DNA of 64,000 nucleotides from Octopus sinensis (lineage: Eukaryota), in NCBI RefSeq assembly GCF_006345805.1, contig NC_042998.1, positions 34,906,001-34,970,000 of the forward strand. Direction: 5' to 3'. A program made the translations under genes and the position numbers. This document shows, one piece after another, positions 12,059 through 22,170 of the stretch; the first letter of the stretch is position 1, and every line of letters begins with the position of its first letter. The notes below the pieces were generated by a model, which was not told where the DNA came from, made no database searches, and was given only the letters and a program-made list of their open reading frames with translations.

Positions 12059-13051
12059 AATAATAATAATAATGGTTTCGAATTTTGCCACAAAGCGAAT
12101 CAGAATTCATATAGTTCTCTCAACTTATCAATGATAGAAATAAAATGAAATATCCTTCAGCACAGTGTCAAAATGTAAATGCTTATTTCGAATCTGATGC
12201 AAAACGGTGCGAGAAATGGAGGAAACAAAACATAGTTAGAAAAAACTGCACAGATGCCTACAGAAAATTATGATTACCTAAATAATGATCCTGGTTCTTC
12301 TCTGTAACTTGTCAAGTAAAATATTTTTGAAAATCAATAAATGGACACGAGAGAAATACATTTCTGTTCTATCTAGATTTTGTACAGTGACACTTTTCTC
12401 CCGCTCAACAGATGAAACTATGATCATATAATAACATATAATGTTTGGGAAAATAGCAGAGATCTCAATGTTTATTCCGACTGACAAGCTTACTGACAAA
12501 AGGTATATTCGCAAAACCTATCGCATATAAAAAATTGAAGTCGAAATCCAAAAGAAGTATGTAATGAAAATAGAAGTAAAGATTAAATACAAGAAAAAAT
12601 ATGTATTTTGACTACATAAAGCAGGTATATTTCTCTAACCTGTGCCAGAGAAATGGATTAAATAAGGGAATGCAAAGACGAGCTGTAAAATAGCTGATGA
12701 ATACTGAAAAACAGAAATTGTACCCGCTCATCACAAACTAAAATATAAATAAAAGCAGTAATATTTTGAGTTATAGATTCAAAAGAGAGTATCAGGATCT
12801 TGAAAGTTTGAAAGTAGAAATAATTCATAAATAAAAAGCAATGGAATTTGCAATCCACTAACGAAATAACTCTGAAGAATAACATTCCATAGTGAAATAG
12901 CAACATCAATAGAAGGTGAACACCTGGTCATTTAAGACCTGGACATTTTAGACACGAAAATCAATATCCAAGTTTAAACAAATTACTATACGCGGTAACG
13001 GCTATTGTTACAAAGGAAAGCGTGTATCCTATAGATATATCAAAAGGGTAA

Positions 13052-13452
13052 TATTTATTTCTATTCCAGGCACAAGGCCCGAAATTTTGGGGGAGGAGGC
13101 CAGTCGATTTCATCAACTACAGTACACAACTGGTACTCAATTTACCGACCCCGAAAGGATGAAAGGCAAAGTCAACCTCGACGGAATTTGAACTCAGAAC
13201 GTAGCGACAGACGAAATACCTATTTCTTTACTACACACAAGGGGCTAAACATAGAGAGGACAAACAAGGACAGACACACGGATTAAGTCGATTACATCGA
13301 CCCCAGTGTGTAACTGCTACTTATTTAATCGACCCCGAAAGGATGAAGGCAAAGTCGACCTCGGCGGAATTTGAACTCAGAACGTAGCGGCAGACGAAAT
13401 ACCACTAAGCACTTCGCCCGGCGTGCTAACGTTTCTACCAGCTCACCGCCTT
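13052..13452 (-). mobile_element. SINE family A head-to-tail dimer (A1-tailed unit + headless A2-tailed unit)
   Basis: Junction aagaaata|ggtatttcgtctg at ~13220; gggtaatatt flanks both ends. Confidence 0.85.
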
Positions 13453-14017
13453 TCCAAGTGGGGGGGGGTAATATTAATACCTAAACAAGTATGGAAAGCA
13501 AAAGCAACAAAAAAAAGGAAAGAAAATCAAAGATCTTTGAATGAAGAACTGATGCGATTGAAAAAAAAATAATCAGAGATAAATTCTAGGGTATATAACA
13601 TGGCAAAAATATATTAAAAAAAGTACCCGAAACCAAAGAACGCCTGAAACTAGATATCCTCGATAAATTACAAAGAATTCATCTCTCTAAAAAGCGGCGG
13701 AGGTTCTTTGAACTAAACAATGTTCCACTCAAACCGAAAACTACTTAAAAATAAAATACTAAACACTGAAACATGAAGAGAAAGAGGATGAAGATTCTGA
13801 AACGATTATAAAGAGAGAATTGCCTCGGACGAATTTGTTTAAAACGACGAAAACAAAACTGAACAATCATGTGCAATCACAAAAAAAAACAAACGAAGGA
13901 TCTGAGAGATAAAGATATAAACAATTAAAAGCCAACAGAAAATGATAAGATCCCAAAATTACGCTTAAAATGTTTAACAGACGTTCAAGTTGCTCGTAGG
14001 GATATCTAGTAACTTAA

Positions 14018-14253
14018 CCCGTTCATGCCGATTGTCCGTTTAAACTGATACTTAATTTATAAGGGTATAAAACAAATACTTGATACAAATTGTATGACCT
14101 GTATCAAAGAATGAAACATGTTCTTAACGCATATGCAGTCTGCATCAAACGGATTTCAATGAAATTTTTTCCAGTTGTTATTTAGGTCAAAATAATTGTA
14201 TTTGTGAATTTTCAGGCAATTTCATACAGTAGAAAAATTTCGGCACGAATGGG
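14018..14253. mobile_element. piggyBac-like MITE
   Basis: TTAA on both sides (14014-17, 14254-57); TIRs cccgttcatgccga / tcggcacgaatggg (12/14 match). Confidence 0.8.
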
Positions 14254-14463
14254 TTAATGATATAGCCGGATATAATACCCGATGAGGTCCCTCAGGAAGC
14301 ATATAAGACTAAAACTATCAACTCCCCCACCCCACCAAAAAAAAAAAAATTAACGGTCCTTAACCTATCGTCCTACAAATTACAAAACTTTAACTGTAAT
14401 CACAAAATAAATTAAGATCTGACAAAAAACAAATTAATTCTAGAAGAGCAGTTCGTAAGAATT

Positions 14464-14679
14464 ATCCTTTCTACTATAGCTACAAGACCTGAAATTTATG
14501 GGACGGGGCCAGTCGATTAGATCGATCCCCAGTATACAACTGGTACTTAATTTATCGACCCCGAAAGGATGAACGGTAAAATAGACCTCGGCGGAACTTG
14601 AACTCAGAACGTAGCGACGGGTGAAATGCTTTGCGGAATTTCGCCAGGCGTGCTAACTATTCTGCCATCTTGCCGCCTT
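14464..14679 (-). mobile_element. SINE family A, tail A2
   Basis: Family-A head and body; tail ...gactggccccgtcccataaatttcaggtcttgtagctatagtagaaagg. Confidence 0.85.
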
Positions 14680-14787
14680 GATGGTCCAAAGAATTATAAG
14701 ACTAAATACCAATTTCTGACTGAAAATCTAAAATCAAAGAATACAAAATGAGAAGGAAGTGTGATTGGCTAACTGAAAACGTTTGAC

Positions 14788-14992
14788 AAACGTTAGCACG
14801 CCGGAGGAATTTACCTAGCGGTATTTCGTCTGTCTTTATGTTTTGAGTTCAAATTCCACCGAGGTCGACTTTGCCTTTCATCTTTTCGGGGTCGAAAAAT
14901 TAAGTACCAGTTGCGTACTGGGGTTGATCTAATCGACTGGCCCGCTTCCCCAAAAATTTTAGGCCTTGTGCCTAGAGAAGAAAAAAAAAAAA
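14788..14992 (+). mobile_element. SINE family A, tail A2
   Basis: acgttagcacgccgg...gactggcccgcttccccaaaaattttaggccttgtgcctagag followed by poly-A. Confidence 0.85.
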
Positions 14993-15436
14993 AGAAAACG
15001 TTTGGCAATGTTTCCCAAGCGTGGCTCCTGGAAATGTTAGCTATGAATTGGAGAACACCACTATTTATTGGCACCTATTATGATAAGTAAATCCATTAAA
15101 TATGCCTTAAATTAATCGTAAAGAATCCTGCAGATAAATGCAGATGGAAACCCATTAAACATACACCGCCTCCGTTAAAATAGCTCGGCACGGCACACAG
15201 GTAGAGGAGTCTTAATACAATAGAAAATGCAAAAATTAAACTGAACCAAATTTATCCATCCCTTGTAGGATGAAAGGAATAGTTGAACTAGGCGGGATTT
15301 GAACTCAGAACAAAAAGCAATCGGAACAAATATAGCAAATCAATTTCTTTGACACAAACAATACAACTAATCCAAGACCTCAATGCAGCTAGCGTAGCAC
15401 AATTATTAAACGTGAATAGTTTTCGTTAACAATATA

Positions 15437-16748
15437 TTAGGTTGTCAAGAAAGTTCTTGCGAAATTTTAAATTTTGGTTTTAAATTATGTATTTTCAAAT
15501 TAATTTCCGTTAAATTGCTTTGACTTTATATAGCATTTTAAAGCCAGTTTTTTTGCTCTGTCTAATCGTGTTCCTGTTTTTCTTTTTGAATAATTAGGCC
15601 ATTTTTCCGGAACGTTGAATTCAACATGGACTAAAAGCAAATTCTCACAATTTTCTTATTCCAGTTCAAGCTAGACCGAAAAGCTGCTGAAACAGCTCGT
15701 GCTATCAACAATGCGTTTGGCCCAGGAACCACTAATGAACGTACAGCACAATGGTGGTTCAAGAAATTTCGTGGCGATGACGAGAGTCTTGAAGATGATA
15801 AGCGTAGTGGGCGGAAATCGGATGTTGACAACGATCAACTAAGAGCCTTAGTGGGAGCCAATCCACGCACAACTGTTCGAGAGCTTGCTTCTGAATTAGA
15901 TATAACGTATACGACAATTACCAACTACTTGAAAGGGATTGAAAAAACAAAAATACTAGAGAAATGGGTGCTGCACGAATTCAACGACAACCCCCCCCCC
16001 CCCCCCAAAAAAAAAAAAACAAAAAAAAACACCGTTTTGAAGTGTCTTCTTCCCTTCTTTTACGCAGCAAGAACGACCCGTGTCTCCACCGGATTGAGAC
16101 TTGCGATGAAAAGTGAATTCTTTACGACAACCGGCGACACTCAGCTCAGTAGTTGGACGCTGACGAAGCTCCACAGCACTTCCCGAAGCCGAAGTTGCAC
16201 CAAGAGAAGGCAATGGTGACTGTTTGGTGGTCTGCGGCCGGTCTCATCCATCACAGCTTTTTGGATCCAGGCGAAACCGTCACGGCGGAGAAGTACTGTC
16301 AGCAAATGGATGAAATGCATAAGAAACTCCGACAACAACAGCCAGCATTGGTCAATAGAAAAGGACCAATTCTTCTCCAGAATACTCGGCCGCACGTCGC
16401 ATAGCTGACCCTGCAGAAGTTGAGCGATTTGGGCTACGAAACTCTGCTTCATCCGCTATACTCACCAGACCTCTCACCTACCGACTGCCCCTTTTTTAAG
16501 CATCTTGACAACTTCTTGCGTATGAAATGTTTCAAAAACCAAGGCGATGCCAAACATGCCTTCAACGACTTCATCGCCACCAGAACGCAGGATTTTTATG
16601 CTCCTGGCATGAATAAACTTGTTTCGCGTTGGCAAAAATGTGTTGATTCTGATAGTGTTTATTTCGATTAATAAAGTTTTGTTTGAGCCGAGATTTGTGC
16701 ATCTGAATTTAAAAGTTAAAAACCGCAAGAACTTTCTTGACAACCTAA
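15437..16748 (+). mobile_element. Full-length mariner, cecropia subfamily (Hsmar1-like), inactive
   Basis: TIRs ttaggttgtcaagaaagttcttgcg / cgcaagaactttcttgacaacctaa; TA left, CA right; 1312 bp. Confidence 0.95.
15626..16671 (+). pseudogene. Mariner transposase pseudogene
   Basis: MD*KQILTIFLFQFKLDRKAAETARAINNAFGPGTTNERTAQWWFKKF...WVLHE...VTVWWSAAGLIHHSFLDPGET...YSPDLSPTD...RWQKCVDSDSVYFD*; several stops, C16/A-run frameshift at 15991-16029, second catalytic Asp lost. Confidence 0.95.
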
Positions 16749-16758
16749 CATCAAGGTT

Positions 16759-16960
16759 AAGGCAGCGATATGGCAGAAACGTTAGCACGCCAGGTGAAAT
16801 GCTTCGCGGTATTTCGTCTGAGTTCAAATTCCGCCGAGGTCGAATTTGCCTTTCATCCTTTTGGGGTCGATAAATCAAGTACCACTTACGTGCTACGGTC
16901 GATCTAATCGACTGGCAGCCTCCCCAAAATTTTGCGTCTTTTGTCTAGAGTAGAAAAGTA
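16759..16960 (+). mobile_element. SINE family A, tail A2
   Basis: aaggcagcgatatggcagaaacgttagcacgcc head, body with a small deletion, A2 tail. Confidence 0.85.
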
Positions 16961-17342
16961 TATACATCCATGTTGATCTTGGACGAACCTGCGTAAGTTC
17001 TTCGTGGGGGTATGGTTTAAGAGTTCGCTTCCCACATACACACGGTTCCTGTTTCAGTTCTATTGTGCAGTACCGAAAGCAAATTCCAACAACAGCACCC
17101 GGTTTACAAGTGCCTAGTGATTGGCATTTGGTAATTGGAAACAATGCATAGTCAAAGACTAATGGTTTTGGCGTCCTCTTGGGCTTTTTGTTTACATGAT
17201 GCTTTATTGATCTTAAGGAAACACTGATGTTATAAATTCTTGTTGCTCGTCAAAACTTCACTTTATTTTCGGGTGAAAACATGAGAAACAAAAAGAAAAT
17301 TTTAAATTGAATTTTTAAATTCTCGTTACTATATTTTTGCAG

Positions 17343-17553
17343 AGTTCATTGATCAATGAGCTGGAAGTCCATTAATTTACAATTTATCAAATGAGAAGTT
17401 AAAAAAATAATAGCGATTGTCGTAATGTTAAGAAACATTGAATAATTTATGCATTCATGTGAATAAAACTGAGAGCATTCTGAACGGCTTTTTAAAAGCA
17501 GAATTCGAGAACTCCAAATCCTTCGAAAGAAAAAAATGTCGACAACTATCACG
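17343..17553 (+). other. Candidate exon with ATG (MSTTIT) ending at a consensus donor
   Basis: Acceptor atatttttgcag; aaaaaaATG at 17536 with an upstream in-frame stop; ACG|gtaagt. Confidence 0.25.
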
Positions 17554-18611
17554 GTAAGTGCAGCAACAGAGACGCGCATATTTTACGCCATTTTTACTGT
17601 TGATCAGTTGTATAATCTTACTATTACTTTAATTTCCTGAATAAAACCGCTTGCAGCACTTCTGGTGAAGAATTTTTCTTTCACTTGTTAATCAGTCGTC
17701 TCGTTTAATGGAGTAGGTAAATAGCGTAGATAAGCATTAAGAACATTTAGCAACAATGAGTAATCATTGAAAAACGAAATACGCAGTCAAGCTCATAGAC
17801 GATATATAGATTTGATAGATAAATGGATGTTTGGATGGCTGGATTAGAGAACGAATAGATATATAAATTATTTAGAAAATAGAGAAATGTATAAAAGGAG
17901 GATGCAGAAGCGAAAGACAGCATCTGTAGCAGAACAGTGGTTTCTTTACTTTAAGAATCGCAAAGTAGAAATTGAAAGTTGTTACGTTCAAGCCTTTCCG
18001 AGTAGATTGAGTGAAAGTAACACGATTATACAATGAATTATAATCATGTCACGAACACAGCATGCCGTGAGCTAATAACTTATTCTTCGGTATTTTCCGT
18101 ACAAAGGATAACGGCTTTTGAAAGGGGAAATTAACGTGAAATTTAAACAATACTTTATGATATAAACAAAATAAGATATAAAAGTTGAAGTGATTGTTTG
18201 AAAAATGATGATTCATGCGGGGGGAAAATGTTTCCAAGAATTCAAAATTTACAAAATACCTGCAGTTAAAAAGATAGAAATTATAAAAATAAATTTTCTT
18301 TGATGATTGTTATTTCATAAAATTCCTATAAATATAATACAATTAGCTAAAAAGGTTAATCAGCGATGTTATTTTTGATAGAATAGAATTGGTGAATTGA
18401 ATGGCTATAATGGTACAAAAAGGCAATATCTGAATTATCTTCAATTAAGAATTGACAAAGCGTTTCTAAAATGAAAGAATCTGCAGGTTTGTAAATGTTT
18501 AGGAATAGCAATTTGGCACTACAAAGTGAGGAAAAGAATTATTTAAATTCTCAGGATAAGTCATCGAATTAAGTAGCTGCAAATGTTTCAGTTCCATGCT
18601 ATTATGTTTTA

Positions 18612-18831
18612 TCTTTTATTTATTCCACTCATTAGACTACGGCCATGCTGGAGCATCACCTTGAAGAATTTTAGTCGAACAAATCGACTCTGTTGTTTAC
18701 TCCTTTACACGCTTGGTACTTATTCTGTCGGTCTCTTTTGCCGAAACATTAAGTTACGGAGATGTAAACACACCAACACCGGTTACCAATCGGTGATCGG
18801 GGACAAACACAGACATGAAGACACACACACA

Positions 18832-18882
<51 letters not shown>

Positions 18883-18911
18883 CACACACACATATATATA
18901 TATAGAGAGAG

Positions 18912-18954
<43 letters not shown>

Positions 18955-18967
18955 CAGTCAGTCAGAC

Positions 18968-19024
<57 letters not shown>

Positions 19025-19043
19025 TAGATAGATAAATGGATAG

Positions 19044-19090
<47 letters not shown>

Positions 19091-19198
19091 GATAGAGATA
19101 GAGAGATAGATAGATAGATAGATAGAGAGATAGATGATATAGATAGACGATATAGATAGATAGTTAGATATATAGATAGATAGATTAGATAGATAGAT

Positions 19199-19288
<90 letters not shown>

Positions 19289-19415
19289 TGGAAGGTTTCT
19301 TTAAGTTTCTGACTACGAAATTTACTCACAAGGCTTTAGTTGGCCCGAGACTATGGCAGAAGACACCTGCCCGGATCCATGCAGTTAAGAAGCAAGCTTC
19401 TTACCAAACAGCGTC
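18612..19415 (-). mobile_element. SINE family B with the internal microsatellite expanded to ~465 bp
   Basis: Tail half 18612-18823 and CORE/head half 19290-19415 flank (CA)n+(GATA)n. Confidence 0.75.
18824..19288. repeat. (CA)n + (GATA)n compound microsatellite
   Basis: Direct reading. Confidence 0.95.
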
Positions 19416-19728
19416 TCAGACTCGCTGGCGTGGTAACGATTTTGCGAGCTCGCTTCTTTGTAAGAATGACAAATATTTTGCCAATTGTACACGGAGAAGA
19501 TGCATCCGCCCGAGGTAAAGAGAGGATAATTTGGAAAATCAGCGCGTTAATTTGTTTATGGAGAGGTGGAGTGTTCGAGGTATGAGCGGAATTGGGTATA
19601 TCAAGGTGACATGTTAACCACAAGGTAGTCGCGAAATACACAAGGTTTCTCCTTGCACTACCAATCAACTGTTCTAACATGTGATATCCACTGCATTTAT
19701 ATCAACAGAAGCATTGGTAATTAAGAGT

Positions 19729-20148
19729 ATTTATTTCTTTACTATCCACAAGGGGCTGAACACAGAGAGGACAAACAAGGATAGACAAATGGATTAAGTT
19801 GATTATATCGACCCCAGTGCGTAACTGGTACTTATTTAATCGACCCGGAAAGGATGAAAGGCAAAGTCAACCTCAGCGGAATTTGAACTCAGAACGTAGC
19901 GGCAGACGAAATACCTATTTCTTTACTACCCACAAGGGGCTAAACACAGAGAGGACAAACAAGTACAAACAAACGGATTAAGTCGATTATATCGACCCCA
20001 GAGCGTAACTAGTACTTATTTAATCGACTCCGAAAGGATGAAAGGCAAAGTCGACCTCGGCGAAATTTGAACTCAGAACGTAGCGACAGACGAAATACGG
20101 CTAAGCATTTCGCCCGGCGTGCTAACTTTTCTGCCAGCTCACCGCCTT
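19729..20148 (-). mobile_element. SINE family A head-to-tail dimer (A1 + headless A1) inside a single TSD
   Basis: 16-bp TSD attggtaattaagagt at 19713-19728 and 20149-20164; junction aagaaata|ggtatttcgtctg at ~19916. Confidence 0.9.
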
Positions 20149-20633
20149 ATTGGTAATTAAGAGTTTTGTCCAAGGATGGGGTATTTCAGGCAGTAAGTAA
20201 GTAATATCTTCTGCTAGGAGACAGATGTTTTAAGTTCATTGAGTAGACATATTGATATTCTGGTAGTTTAGATGCAAGGATCGAAATATATACGATAACC
20301 AACTACAACTTTATGAGGTTAAATCTGGTTTAAGTTAAAATGTTGTCAATAATCTTTTGCAGCAACCCTCTCTGCACCAGTCATAAAGTCATGGAGATTT
20401 ATAGTTATATAAATTTATAGATTTATAGAATTGGGAATTTATATAATTCCCAATTATAAAACTAAGTTTATACATAACTTCCTCAAGAAGGAACGGAATA
20501 AGTAAGTTTCTAATGCATTTTCCAGAGATAAAGTTCAGTAAAAATTTTGGAAATTACCAAAATTGATATGAGTGTGTGTATATGTGTATGCGTGCCTATA
20601 TGTTTATGTATATGTGTGTATGTATGTACGTGT

Positions 20634-20722
<89 letters not shown>

Positions 20723-21193
20723 GAAATTAGCGCATGATTACGCAAACACAACAGAATCCCAAAGCAGGCGTTATGTCGCTTTAGTCTAGTCTTTCTATGT
20801 TCGGAATTCGAAAAACTCTCTTCGTTGACTATTTTCGCCTTCCTATCATCGAAAAAGTGTTTTCCCATATTTTATGTGTTCTTATTTCATACGAAACTGT
20901 CTATAAACTGTCTCAGCTAGAAACAAATCATTTTCATTAGAATTTGTCTACATGCAAATTGATATCTTGTGAGATGATTTCCAGTGGAGATTGAACGCGT
21001 GTTTCAATTTTAGTTCCTCTAGAATATTTTACTGTAACAAGATATCGACTACGCTTTTATAAAGCGGGACGACAGCCATAATGGTTAATGACCGTAAAGT
21101 TTCTCCCTAATACAGACATTACGTGCAAATATAAATTTATTAGGCGGAAATGAGAACGATTACGAAATAACCTTATTAACAGTCTCTTATAAA

Positions 21194-21404
21194 TTACGGA
21201 GATGTACTCGCATAGCAAGTAACTTGATCTGAGATCGTGTGCTGAAACGAAAACAATTGCAGCGTGGAAGGTGTTTATAAGCCATTTAAGAAACACACAA
21301 AAGCCGTTCGATTCACTCCAACATTTAAGTTTAATTTGTCAAAATATTTTCGTCGCTAAAATCCGCGACCTGTTCACTGACAAAAATCCGTGCTGCATTT
21401 GTGG
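21194..21404 (-). mobile_element. 211-bp retroposed repeat (HHR family 3)
   Basis: 13-bp TSD agtctcttataaa at 21181-21193 and 21405-21417; decayed homolog at 60347-60515; carries a hammerhead. Confidence 0.8.
21335..21384 (-). ncRNA. Minimal type-I hammerhead ribozyme with a G3-C8 compensatory core
   Basis: TTTGTCA-GTGAACA-G-GTCGC-GGATTTTA-GCGAC-GAAA-ATAT-T/TGACAAA: perfect 7-bp stem I, perfect 5-bp stem II, palindromic AATATT stem III; predicted cut between 21342 and 21341. Confidence 0.75.
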
Positions 21405-21849
21405 AGTCTCTTATAAACTATTTCATTAAGAAATCTAGTTAGAACTCAATGGTAAATTAATAAATAACATTCCTGATGATATCAATGGAAACATCCAGTT
21501 TGAAAATATTCCTACCGAGTCAATTTCGAATATCTTCTCCGAGTAAACGTTTGGCTCAAGAAAATATAACGGGATCATTAGAAAGTGACTTATTTTATGA
21601 ATTACATTATTGATATTTAAGAAATGCTAATACGACAAAGAATCTTTAACTTTGTTGTCTTCAAAACTGATCCTGCACATAGAGAGGATTTAAAGGTAGT
21701 TGCCTGACAAAGGACAATAAGTATTTATTTAGAACAAAATGACTTTATAAAGTTATAACGACGAGTCAATTTTAGCCGAGAATCGAACCGTTTCTTGGTT
21801 ATAGATATTATTCATATGAAGCTGTGGGGCTGATTGAGGTTGGAAATAT

Positions 21850-22170
21850 AGGGCCAGGGAAGTCATGCGAACGGCCGAGGGGCTCTACCGAAAGGAGAGG
21901 ACGAGTGAGGTCACGTGAGCGGAAGGACAACTAGTCTGGGTCTATTTTGCCTTGGGGGATTATCGGTGGAGACAGACGTGGTGATTGTATGAGTTGGAGT
22001 TGGGAGGGTAGAACTCTTACGGATATATCCCGGCTGGATAGAATCGACGTTACGTGAAGACCCGCAAGGTAGAGGCGTTACGGTTTTATTGCCTAGACTA
22101 CGGAAACAAAATAATTTACTGTAGTAATTCGTGGCCTTGCATACGCCATGGCATATCGCCATCTTTCATG
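21850..22170. promoter_or_regulatory. Unique CpG/GC-rich island with E-box and YY1-like motifs
   Basis: GGTCACGTGA 21909-21918 and CGCCATCTT 22157-22165; locally GC- and CpG-rich against the AT-rich background. Confidence 0.3.

Noticed and set aside
12250-14000. A-rich coding-like remnants (also 26720-27400, 31640-31900, 32690-32960)
   Set aside because: Only isolated hints (GDFN, KYLG-like, gag-like) in heavily decayed sequence; too weak to classify.
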